This document shows, one piece after another, positions 51,228 to 63,589 of a DNA stretch of 64,000 nucleotides (position 1 is its first letter; the number at the start of each line of letters is the position of its first letter). The notes beneath the pieces were generated by a model that was given only the letters and a program-made list of their open reading frames with translations, was not told where the DNA came from and made no database searches. The position numbers and the translations under genes are program-made. Origin of the DNA: Owenia fusiformis. Taxonomy: Eukaryota. The stretch is taken from assembly GCA_903813345.2 (NCBI GenBank), contig CAIIXF020000001.1, positions 37,572,001-37,636,000 of the forward strand. The letters run 5' to 3'.

Positions 51228-54200
51228 GTAAACGTGTAATTATATATAATTATATGTTGTTTAACTTGTGCCAAAAATTGGAGGGAAAGTAAACTTTTTT
51301 GTCAATTTTTGATCTATTTTAGAAGTTAAACCATGGTACACTATCCCCCTTCTGGAATAGCCGAGATATTCGCAGAAAACTATTCATTTTCCATAAAAAT
51401 GACCGTATCCTTCAAGTATGTATGTGACGTGTTGACATTTTTGCCAAACAGTCTACCGAATTTGAATCATTTGCGGTACTATTCCCATGTCGGAAATTGA
51501 AGGCTAAGATTTCGATTTTTTGTTTAGCTATTGTCAAAAGAAAATAGTGCAAAAATTGGAAATAGAGCTTGAGTGAAATATACTTGACGGACGCCCCAGG
51601 TGTTATTGATATGATATTGCTTTTGACTTTATTAACAAAGTAATAAAAATATATCATGTTTCAATATTCTATTATACTAACATTAAATGCTATCTAAAGC
51701 TAGAAAAATATTGATTTTTGTTATAAGTGTTTGAGGCCCTTCAGACCGATGTGGCTCCCTTACTGCGCTGCGCGCGACCGTACGTCGACCAGAAAATCTA
51801 CAAGGTCGCCGTCAAATGCGAGCACAATCGCGCCCTTGCGATTATACCGCGTTCTCATGGCGCCCACATCGTCTCGATTAAATAGCGATGATAGGCTTAT
51901 GGCGTTTCTACAAAGTGTATGTAGTGTACCAACGTAAGCGTGACAGTTCATCGCGCGGGGTATATGGCTCAACAAGAGGATAATAAATTTTTAGCAAACT
52001 GATGTTTTCATCGTTTCAGAAAGATCTGGTCTTATTTCTAGATATTTTTACATGTATACGTGAATGTCTGTAACAATATCCTGATGTCACGCTTAATTCG
52101 GTTGTACCCTGTGTTCTATTGAGATGTTATCTTTGCAATTCCCATTACCAGTGCGTACATTGTGTTCATTAAGTGTCATGGCCCCCTCCCCTAGGGTGGG
52201 CCAAGAAAAAAAGTTAGGGCCCCAAAAGTTTTCGGGACAAAATTTTGTAGGGCCTCAAGAAATTGGCCTTTTTGGGCATAGCTTGGCTTTTGGACCTTTT
52301 AAGGCCAAATAATCTATTTTCTAGTTTTTAGTTTTAGGGGCACACACCTTTTCCTGACTTGAAACGTGCCCCCTCCCCTTCTTAGCCAGGGCAGAACTGT
52401 AAATATGCTGTTCCCCTTTTATACCACGCGTGTTCTAAGAGTATTGTGGCTGCATTGCGACATTGCGTTTCTACCATATGATCATGGCGACTTCATAACC
52501 CCTCCTCGTTTAAAAGCTGGTCATCAGATGTTTGGAAAGTTCAAGATGATCACCGGACAGTCAATTCTTGAAAATAGTATAATTTTGTTATTTTTCAATT
52601 TAGAAATGAAAAGATCAGGAAATAATATTTACTGGCTATTGAAATGAGCTATTTATAGATAGTTTATGTATTTTATCAATAGGCAAATAATACTTTCGTT
52701 GGAGATTTTCCTGAAAAAACTTGTGCCATTTCAAAAGTGTAACATTTTCCCGCTAATCAAAAACAATGTATCAAACTCATGCCTTGTACTCTCTCTGAAA
52801 CCAATAGAAAATATGTTATAATCATGTGTGTATATATATTCTTATATTCCCAACAGTATATCATATTGATATTCAAATACAAATGAGACAATTGTACCCT
52901 ATATATACTGTATGTATATCGATGTTGAGCCAATATTATAAAAATATTTTAACAAGGCATGACATGACATGACAAAATATCATTACCCAGTTGCTCGCAA
53001 TATATGAGGATTTAAGCCTTGAACTCAGTGCATTGTGTGCTGAACCATTCCACGAAGATGTTGTTTCAAAATCTTTGCATGACCCCGCAGGGGGAATGCA
53101 AAGTTTAGGAAACAACATCTGAGTGGAATGAGGCAGCCACAATGCATTGAGTCTTGGGGTTAAAACCTTTTCACACATTGCAAAATATTTTCTATAAAAT
53201 TGAAAGAATGAAGACTGCATTTAAAATACTTCTCAACAAATAAATTATTTTCACGATAATGCTATTTCTTCGTCATGAAATTAAATGTTCTCATTCTGTA
53301 GCCTAATTTAAAAAGACCCATATTATCTTTTTAAAAAGAATCATTATGAAATTCTTTTCAAATTTAAAAAATCCTGGCTTAGAGAAAAATCAAAAGTAAC
53401 AAATCAGAGACACAATAAGATATTGATTCACCAAGAACAGAATAAACAGTATTTCATTTCTGTATTCAATCAATACAAACATGAGATAAAATCAGATTTT
53501 CGGCAAAGAAAGAAAGAGAAAAATTCATTATTACATGAATTATACTAATTTAATTGCATGATATACTGTATAAGTGGTAATTTTGCCTAATCATTTTATT
53601 TGCCTATTGCCTAACTTTTGCCAGGCTCGGAAAATTAAATGTCGGAAATATTGTCTTCATAATGTTATCCAATGGGAAGTTTCTTGTCATTAGGAAAATT
53701 AAAATTAGGAAATTGATAAAATTTGAACATTCGGCAAATTAACCGCTTTGATTAAATACCACTTGTACAGTATGCATGACTATTGTGATTATCGCCATAA
53801 TGTATATTATACAATCCTGTTTTTGATTAAGAGTCAATTGTGATGTCACAAAAACAATTGGAAACGTTTACAACATGGCAAGTGCTGCAATATTATACGG
53901 TCATCATATCTCACTAAAGTCTTCATAATTTCTCTTATATATTAGAGACCACTTTCTCAATTCCTTACCCAGCTCAAATCAATCCAGCTTTTAGTTTTCA
54001 CACTAGTTGTCACGTACCACGGGAGATAAGCAAAACGAGGGCGAAGCCACGGACTGCGACTCGCGTAATTCAAAACGAGGTTACAACGCATTATAGCTGA
54101 ACAATGGCGGTAAGTCCAAACTTAATTTGGAAGGCATGTTAGGATTTGGGGTAGATTATTGGTTTGGATATTCTACAGAATAGCTAGTATGTTCCAGTCG

Positions 54201-57200
54201 GTGATCAACATATTCATACTCCACCTGCAATGGCATTCTTGGTGCTCGGCTGTCCAATAGTTTAGCATGAACACAAATGAATTCGAAATCTGCCACAAAA
54301 AATGTAATTTTGTCAATATTTGTCCCTAATATACCGATTTAATCAAAGGAATCAGAAATGACATCGAATTAATATAATTATTCATGTTTTGTTGTTACAA
54401 TTACATCTTCGTGTGATATTTGGTAAGCGGAAAACGTACAATTACATAGAAAATTGGAATTTATAATAGTCGCAGTCCATCCATCTGCCCAACGCAGTCC
54501 GCGACTCAGTGTTGCTTTATATCTGAAGCTGAACGCAATCACAGCCAAAGGTAGATAGCACAATGTGTGTACAGGTGTGGCCGAAATGGAGCAACTTTGG
54601 ACAAAATTGAATATAAAGGGCTATTTTAATAGACCTACATTGTGTCTCAATCCATTCTGCAAATATATACAAGCTGTCAAATACAGCTGAAATCATGAAT
54701 TTATGGTAGCTAGCAATATTGATGGACTGTTGGAAAGATCATCCAAAATTACATTAACTCACCAACTCTCCAATTATTTGATATTTTCCTGATATCTTAA
54801 ATACTAGTTAATGTACCCTTCCCCAACAGCTTTTATTGCATCATCAAAAAGTTAATTGTTTCGCATTTCCACTTCTTATAAAAAGTCTCACCACTATCCA
54901 ATTATCTATATATTTAACCCTATCCACAAATTGGTTTGTAATAAACATATTACGTTGTCATCTTGCGCTCGACTGTTCTGCCAAATACGCTATTGAATTG
55001 CCATATTTCTAGGTCTTAAACGATACAATATAGCAATTTGGGACATTGATTCAGGTAATAGATATATGTTAATCAACGTAACTTTGAATGATAATCTGGA
55101 TGCTGACTTTCTTTTCCTGAAACAATAATAGCGTAGGAATATAGTTTACACTATCTTATTTATTTCGTGTTCGCGGCTGGACTGCGTTGCTTAGAATATC
55201 AATGAAGGCTGTGTTGCGTTGTTGAAATAGCTTTGTTTACTGGACTGCGTCCACTATGGATGCGCAGTTTGAATCTAATTTTCTCCTCATGAACACATTC
55301 TATTATCAAATCATTTTCACGAATTATACTCGGAGCCTCAACTAACCTTTAGATAGTAGAAACGTGTTAAAACTCCTTTCAAATGTATAGTAAATTAAAC
55401 AATATGCACATATTTTACAGGTAAAATCAGAACTTTGCAACTGTTTTAGCTTGATCTGGACAACTGCTTATTTTCTTATCTACAGACCAACAGTAGATAC
55501 AGAGTAATATTTTGGTCACCGATTAGACACTACGATAGCATTTAAAATACCTGGATTTCTCTATTTTGTCGGAAGAAGCAGAAGGCACTGCCGGATGTCC
55601 CTCCGTTTTGGCGCTGGGCTGCGGTGTAAAGTTACGCGAGTCGCAGTCCGTGGCTTCGCCCTCGTTTTGCTTATCCCCCGTGCGTACAGGCTAACGATGT
55701 GCTTTCATAATGCACGGCATTAGCTAATTGTATTCATAAATATGGTCTCTCTCTTTTTTCAGAGCCCGAGACAAGTAAGCATATTTGACATTATTTACTC
55801 ACGTATTTGTACTTCATCTCAGACATAAATAGATGTACATGTCAGTGATACTACGACCGACTATATCATATGGTTCATATCATATCATAATAATTATGTC
55901 AGGTTTTAAACTAGAGCCTGTTTATGGCTCATCTTATACTGAACATCATACTTTGAAGTTTGTTGATTGTTCCATACTAATTGTTTATTTATAATTTGTT
56001 CTTTCCTTTCAGATCCCACGACAAGTAAGCACATTTGACATTATTTATTCATGTATCTGTACTTAATCTCAGACATAAATAGATGTAAATGTCAGTGATA
56101 CTACGACTATATCATATCATGTCATAATAAAAGGTTTCCAAACTAGAACCTGCTTATGGTTCATTTTTTCTGCACATCATACTTTGTAGTTTGTTGATTT
56201 TTTCAAACAAAATCAGAAAAATGCAGCCTAACTGCTTAAAGTTTTTGTCACCATACTTTGTTTATTTTTTCATACAGCTAGTTTATCCCGTAGATACATG
56301 CAGGAAATTCTAATATGTTTAATCACACTATGCTTACAGAAGAATACGGAGCCTGGAAAAGTCCTATTACAAGTGAGATTGTCAACGATAGACGAATTGT
56401 ATTTAAAGAGGTTGTCAACGATCCGACCATGCCAGGTAATTTGACGATTCTTGTCGTACGATGCACCAAAATACGATGACGCTATTACTTGAATCTGTTA
56501 TCGTCAACGCACACAGTGATTCAAAAACTGTTCAAACGATTGAGATTTGCCATGTCGTATACAATAACAAAAGTGTACATAAGTATACAGGGTGTTTCAT
56601 AATGACCGTCCCATATCAACCACTAATCTTAAATAGCATGCCCCATATGTTATATCAAACAAGAACACAAATGTGTACAATATGTCCCAACCAATGGGTG
56701 ATCCTGTCAAATGGTTATCTTGAAATGAGTAGACAAGACTTTACCGATCCGTCAAATAGTAAACCAGAAAACACGTAAACAAGACTTTACAGACAAGATT
56801 TTAGGACGGAAAATCCAAAATGGCTGCCTTGACATTTACCCAGAATGCCAAAAAACTAATCAGATCTAGATTTTCATAATAAGAATCATCCCTGAAAATT
56901 TGAAATTGATCTACCAAATGGTTCACCTGAAAACGCGTAGACAAGACTTTACAGACAAGATTTTAGGACGGAAAATCCAAAATGGCTGCCTTGACATTTA
57001 CCCAGAATGCCAAAAAACGGATCAGATCTAGATTTTAATACAAGGAATCATCCAAGAAAATTTGAAATTGATCTTCCAAACGGTTCACCTGAAAACACAT
57101 AGACAAGACTTTACAGGCAAGATTTTAGGACGGAAAATCCAAAATGGCTGCCTTGACATTTACCCAAAATGCCAAAAAACTAATCAGATCGAGATTTTCA

Positions 57201-60200
57201 TACTAAGAATCATCCCTGAAAATTTGAAATTGATCTACCACACGATCACCTGAAAACGCGTAGACAAGACTTTACATACAAGATTTTAGGACGGAAAAAT
57301 CCAAAATGGCCGACAATAAAAAAGTGATCGTGAGTTTTTGCTGATTTCCTTTTACAAAATTGTCACATATAACCACTGTTAACAATAACATAGGCGTTTA
57401 CAACAAAGTACACCTGAAATTATTTATAAAGCTACTAAATAGTTAAAGAATGAAAAATCGAAAACACCGTTCAATATGAAACAAAGCATTATCGCGCGCT
57501 AACTTTTCTTAACTGACATGACTGAGCTAACAGGTCGAAAAGCTATTCAGATGTAGAATGAAGTAAGCTGAACAAGATGTTAAAGTTTTAAAAGCAACCG
57601 TGAAGCAGTTTTTCTTAAAGATTGCAGACAAGGATTTTAGCATTCGACTTCAAAATGGCCGACAGGAAGTAGGTATCGAGGTGTCACTACGGTAAATCAT
57701 TGAAAAATATTGAAAAAAATCACAAAATTCAAGTTCTGGGGTACATATCGCCATTTTCGAACGAACTAGCCCATACAATGACTATATTTCTGAGTTCCCC
57801 TATACATAACCTTCATCTTGACACTATATTTAACATAGGGTTTGCGTCTCGATTTTTAAATATCACTACGCCAACATAGGGACTCATTTTTAGGTAAAAT
57901 CCCTACTTCACCGATGAAAATTAACGAGTAAAGTAGTTCCAGTTTACGGGACTATATTCTTGCGATTTTTTTCTTAAAATGGCACATTTAGAAAGTACTT
58001 GGCCTCAGCTTTACAGACATACCTCAAATGGCCACATTGCATACACTTAAACCTACTATACACACCATTGAAGTTGGCATGGCTTCGTTTTTAAAGTATT
58101 AAAAAACACTGTCCTACCCGGAAGTGCTATTTACAGGAGTGACACCTTAATACCCAAAACGGGAAAATTTGAATATGATAATTTCTTGCTCATTTGGCAT
58201 TTTTCCAACAATTGAGTTATTTCATGCTCGAAACAGCTGCATTTCCAAACTTTTAACACGTTTTCTACAAAATCTAGCCATATTTGGGGAAATAGGTGAG
58301 GGCTGAGTCTCTAAAAACTGGCCAAAATGACCTAAAATTGGGTCATCAACTTAAGAGATCTCATGCAAAAATTTTAGACGCAAAATCTCCGAGATTATTT
58401 CATTTTGTCAATCATTATAGCAATGCCTTTCAAGTATTACAAAGAATGAACTGAAATGTATGTTGCTAAATGCAGATATTTCGAGTCAAATGTGGTCCCC
58501 ATGTGCAAAATTTGCCCTTTTTCTCCTAATTACGCCAGTTAGGCCCCAGTGTATTGTGACATCATACTCATACCATTGCTACAATGTAGCAATTTACAAA
58601 TTAATCTTGATTACTCTTACTGTGATACACCTGGCGTGTTTATTAAGCACGTAAAAATGATAATTTGCAACATTGTAGCAATTTAAATGAGGTATGGAAC
58701 CCTAAAATCATGTAATTTATGGAGAAATGACCAGCAATTTTGATGGAATTCCAGCTGATTTTCTCCCATTTATGATCCCTTTTGACCCCCGTTTAGCCCC
58801 CGTTTGGCCATTATGATAGGCACAGGATGTTTAAATGTGAATTAAAAGCATCGTGTGGCCTAGCCTGAATGTAAATATCGACTCTATTTTGAAATTCTAC
58901 AACATCCATGCCTTCCATGGTCTCTGCGCAAATGGCAGCCAATCTAAGGCGGGGGTATTAAGGTGTCACTACGGTAAATCATTGAAAAATATTGAAAAAA
59001 ATCACAAAATTCAAGTTCTGGGGTACATATCGCCATTTTCGAACGAACTAGCCCATACAATGACTATATTTCTGAGTTCCCCTATACATAACCTTCATCT
59101 TGACACTATATTTAACATAGGGTTTGCGTCTCGATTTTTAAATATCACTACGCCAACATAGGGACTCATTTTTAGGTAAAATCCCTACTTCACCGATGAA
59201 AATTAACGAGTAAAGTAGTTCCAGTTTACGGGACTATATTCTTGCGATTTTTTTCTTAAAATGGCACATTTAGAAAGTACTTGGCCTCAGCTTTACAGAC
59301 ATACCTCAAATGGCCACATTGCATACACTTAAACCTACTATACACACCATTGAAGTTGGCATGGCTTCGTTTTTAAAGTATTAAAAAACACTGTCCTACC
59401 CGGAAGTGCTATTTACAGGAGTGACACCTCGAGCTTAAAATCTTTCGTCCACATCTGTATGCACTCATAAGTTATCTCTGAAAATTTGAAGGTGATATCT
59501 ATAGCGGTTTTGGAGAAAACTACCGGACGTACGGACGGACGAACGGACGGACAGGCAGACAGACAACCGGATGCGCCTAGCTTTAGCATAGAATCTAAAA
59601 GCCATTTTTCCAAATTTGGCCAATTTTCCGTTCCCATCCTCTGTATCTGTTTATATAATTATTCAAAAATTACGTTACGTTTCATTACAGATAGAATATA
59701 TTGGTCAGAACTGAGATTTAAAGCAGGGGGACGATTTATAGTATGTTCCAAGGACAAGGGCAATCCAAACGAAACATGCTATACAGATTCAAAGCATAGT
59801 GCCAGATCAATTGTTAATGGATATGGTGGAGGTGCTCTGCTCGTTTATAACTCTACAATATACTTTGTAAACTATAGAGATCAGAAAGTCTATAGACAAA
59901 AGGTGCCAAATGGTAAGGCAGAGGTGTTAGTCAACTCATCCAAAATATATCATGCTGATGGAAGCATTTCACCTCAGGTATTGGTATTAGGGTCCATTTT
60001 AATTTAGTCACATTCACGCTCACTGGATGGGTACTTTGACATATATTTTGCGTCTATACACAAAGTGCCACCCATCTTTTGTGACACAATTATAATGATT
60101 TTATTTGTGGCAACTATAGCATCTTGTGTTCAATTGAATTGATTTTCTTTCTCCCTGCAAAAGAACAAGCAATTTTTGTATTAGTTATTTAGAAAAGTTT

Positions 60201-60428
60201 GGTTCATTTTATTTATTTATAATCTAGGTATGCCTGCAAATGAATCGACGACATTTAGAGCACATCTTGTAACGCCCATAAAAGTGCATATAGTTGAGCT
60301 ATCTACATCAATATAATTCTGTTTTTTAGCTGAATCGAATTTTCTATGTGCGTGAGGATAACAGTGTTAGACCTGTAATCACCACGATTTCTAAGGTAGA
60401 TCTTGCCACCGGAAAGGAAACAATTATT
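50951..60428 (+). CDS. 5' part of an S9-family serine peptidase gene (acylaminoacyl-peptidase/prolyl oligopeptidase-like, N-terminal beta-propeller) with apparent signal peptide
   Basis: Exons: 50951-51227 (signal + helical segment), microexons 55763-55774, 56013-56024 and possibly 56278-56289, then 56340-56435 (EYGAWKSPITSEIV), 59691-59977 (IYWSELRFKAGGRFIVC...ARSIVNGYGGGALLV...IYFVNYRDQKVYRQ...YHADG) and 60330-60428 (IFYVRED...TTISKVDL). These match the recalled YGxWxSPIT / WxExR..GGR / YGGG / YAD / VRED pattern of this family. The catalytic domain is not in the window. Confidence 0.8.
54018..55682. mobile_element. CAC...GTG DNA transposon derivative with 51-bp TIRs and 5-bp TSD (Transib-like)
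   Basis: CGTAC|cacgggagataagcaaaacgagggcgaagccacggactgcgactcgcgtaa ... reverse complement with one mismatch|CGTAC. GGACTGCG motif repeated internally. No ORF. Confidence 0.85.
55763..55774 (+). CDS. 12-nt microexon
   Basis: ctcttttttcag|AGCCCGAGACAA|gtaagc, phase 1/1. Confidence 0.65.
56013..56024 (+). CDS. 12-nt microexon (duplicate)
   Basis: ctttcctttcag|ATCCCACGACAA|gtaagc, phase 1/1. Confidence 0.65.
56340..56435 (+). CDS. S9 peptidase exon: YGxWxSPIT N-terminal motif
   Basis: EYGAWKSPITSEIVNDRRIVFKEVVNDPTMP G|gtaatt. The 5' boundary is uncertain (acceptors at 56303 or 56339). Confidence 0.85.
56658..59590 (+). mobile_element. Helentron-type non-autonomous (HINE/pearl-like) element with 162-bp tandem array, interrupted by the KolobokP-like insertion
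   Basis: AACAAG start. 162-bp units begin at 56779, 56941, 57103 and 57264. (GGAC/AGAC)n microsatellite at about 59525-59565. The classification is inferred from architecture. Confidence 0.6.
57680..59428. mobile_element. KolobokP-like non-autonomous element with 467-bp long terminal direct repeats
   Basis: TCGA|LTDR1 57680-58146|TTAA...TTAA|LTDR2 58962-59428|TCGA. Each repeat has its own 18-bp TIR (GGTGTCACT.C.GTAAAT). The two repeats appear identical. Confidence 0.88.
59691..59977 (+). CDS. S9 peptidase exon: beta-propeller
   Basis: ttacag|DRIYWSELRFKAGGRFIVC...HADGSISPQ|gtattg. Lies within ORF 59486..60007. Confidence 0.9.
60330..60428 (+). CDS. S9 peptidase exon: beta-propeller
   Basis: ttttag|LNRIFYVREDNSVRPVITTISKVDLATGKETII|gtgagt. 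Confidence 0.88.
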
Positions 60429-60821
60429 GTGAGTAAAGCATTTTATATTAAACAGTGAATATCGGATTGTATTAAATGGTCCAGAAATTGTGGGAGGGAA
60501 AGGAATATTTTTGGGGTATGTTTCCCTAATGACTGGATATAGACTTCGATCTTTCAGAAACTATTTTGTAATAATGTAAGAGTTTCCTCGATTTCATTTG
60601 GGGATATAAAAATTAATTAAATACATTTGAATATTTAGGTTTCAATATTAAGTGGGTTTCATCTTAGCCTTTTAACATTCAACATGATTCTTACATTATT
60701 CGCTGTTTGATGTAGTTCACAAATGAATCCAGTCGTCAGGAATCATGCAGGATTCACATGAAAAATAGTTCACAAATAATTCCGGTGTTCAGGATTCATA
60801 CACGTTTTCATGTGGCAAATA

Positions 60822-61878
60822 CAGGGTGTCCCAGAACTCATGAAAATTTTTTGAGGGAGATATAAGGCATGGCTGATTTTTCTTCAAATTTAGTACACTT
60901 ATTAAACACACTTTGGGGAATAACTGACATGAATTTCAGGCACATATCTTCTATATTTCCGAATTTATTGACATTTGAATTCTACATCGCCACAAACCCC
61001 GGAGTTATCGGGAAAATACAACAGTTTATGTCACATTTTTTCAATTTTATACAAATTCTCAACTATAGAACCAACCAACCATAAGCTTAGTTCAGCATTT
61101 TTCTCATATTGATGATGCACTTTGATAAAACGATATGTAAATTTTGATAGAGACCCAATACATCAACGGATTGTACATTTGGTTTGCTGAAAGATCCTAA
61201 TGACATGTTCCTGAGGGACTGAAAGAAATGTCCCCATTTGCTAGCCAATATGATCTTGCATATTGACAATGCATCAATGAATAAGTCACTACATGCATGT
61301 CAGTAGTGCATCCAATTTACTTTCTATTGAGACTTCACAGTATATAGTAGCTCCATATACTTGCCAAGTATTTTGCTCTACTAGACTTTTGATTTCTTTG
61401 GGGACCTTAAACAAAGATTAATGCGCCATGTCACTGAAACGGAGGAAGAATTGAGTCTTGTTGTTACAGAGGACCCTACAGAAATGGCTATTGAACGATT
61501 TGGGAATCTAGAGTAGCTGAAAAGACGACATCAACTGCAGATAATATGCTATAATAACTCTGTAGAGATACGTTAGCTGAATGTGTATGATCATATTAAC
61601 TAATGTACTGAAACGCTGAAATAATTCAATGAAAACAATGCTATTAGAGTAGAGAAGTGTGAATATTATCAAAATGTGACATAAATTGTTGTACATGTAT
61701 TTCTCTGACTACTCCAGGGTTTGTGGGGATGTAGAATTCAAATGTTAATAAATTCTGAAATATAAAAGATATTTATTTATTCCACAATGTTTGTTTATTA
61801 AGTGCATTTAATTTGAAGGAAAATCATTCATGCCTTATATCTCCCTCAAAAAAATCTCATGAGTTCTGGGACACCCTG
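60822..61878. mobile_element. Tc1/mariner-type MITE with long TIRs
   Basis: TA|cagggtgtcccagaactcatga ... tcatgagttctgggacaccctg|TA. Confidence 0.85.
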
Positions 61879-63589
61879 TAGTTTACAAATGAATCCAGCC
61901 GTCGAGGATAGACTAGATGCAAATATAAATAATCTTACGTCATTAAAAATTTAAAATACAGTCAAGGTGATTATTATTGAATTTGAAATCTACATGAAAT
62001 ATTTATTTCCGTGTTCTCCACATAGTAATTACACAATGTTTTATCAATTATGTATTTCTGATATAATAGCTATTCTTTTGCAAGAAAGAGATTTAGTGAT
62101 TGTTTTGAAAACCGTCAGAAATAAGTAGAACCTAGAATATGAAAAAATCTCCTAACCTCTCAATTGGAATAGATTACAGGTCATAGCCTACATTAGCATG
62201 AGGGTAATATGAAAATTGAGCCACTAAAACTGATGAATATGCAACTTTAAGAGGACTTTATTATATCTGACGTGCTAGCTGCCCCGAATTAGCAACCTGG
62301 TGATGAAAGTGGTAGCTACCTTCTCGCATCTGGGCTATTATGCAGACTCTATATGAAAAATAGTTTACAAATGATTTATGAGATGAAATGAAGATAATAT
62401 AATATTTTAGAAGAAATAACGATCATCCTTTACAGATTAGATTGAAATACCTGTAAGTTAAGTATGACAAAGTATAAAAACACATAGAAAGGTAACAACT
62501 GGGGAAACGAATCCTCGGCACCCCGAGGATGCAAAAAACATTTATGAAAGCATCAACGTGATAGTGCCTTGTGGTATCAATACACTTTTTATTACTATAA
62601 TTTGCTCGATTAATACCGCCCTTGAATAAGACTATTAAGAAATCAAATAATTATCAAATCATCCACATAGATGTACTGATTGTTACATTGCATATAAAAA
62701 GCATCACTGGTAAACTGGTAAATCAAAGCTTGCACACGGAGTGTGATAATCCTTACTCAAACCTGTCAATTTAAGCATCAACCTGAATGATTGTTTTATA
62801 TAGGTTGACAGTGAATACATATATCGAATGCATATATATTATATATATAGGTTGACAGTGAATACATATATCTAAGGATAAAGCCCTGAATGTATGTGGA
62901 ATAATCATTCCTTGAAGCTGTTGCTTTTCAAAATTTCCTTGGACTTAAAATTCTTTCACACATCGCAAAATATTTTAACATGTCGTTTAAATCATACGAA
63001 ATCTAAAGGACACATTTTCAATGAAACGTTTGACAAGGGTAAAATTGACAAAGCATCGATTTCAATCTGTAGAGTCAATTTGTCACCTTGTAAACCATCC
63101 AAGGAATGACCTTGGATGCGGCGATTGGATATTTAATGCACTGAAGTTATTTGAAATACTATTGGATTGCCTGTCACCTTTATCAAAGTGACAGTCATAT
63201 TACTTGAACCTTTTTTCAATAAATGGATTTACAAATCAATCACTGGTAAATAAATGCATTATTTTGCGATCAAGCTTATTTTTGTATGAACACAATTCTC
63301 AAATAAAGTAAAATGGTCCCCTAATCAATACATAGTTTTTGCTGATACCGTTGGACCAATATAGTTTATACGTATATGCCCAAGTTCTGCTCGAGGCCCG
63401 ATTTTCAAAATGGCTATCATTTTCAAAATGGCCGTCATTTTAGTGTCAATTTTACAGCATTTTAGTTACATCAATAATTATAACTGTAATATTACTATGT
63501 TTCAACTGCAAAACATATATAGGATAGTTAACACACACCTTTATACTACCAATACAATACCACGAACAACCAGGATATTTAACATAATT

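Larger units (their letters stand above)
55745..56200 (+). repeat. Tandem duplication (250-bp period) carrying the microexons
   Basis: acaagtaagca(t/c)atttgacattattta...catcatactttg(a/t)agtttgttgatt occurs twice, 250 bp apart. Confidence 0.9.
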
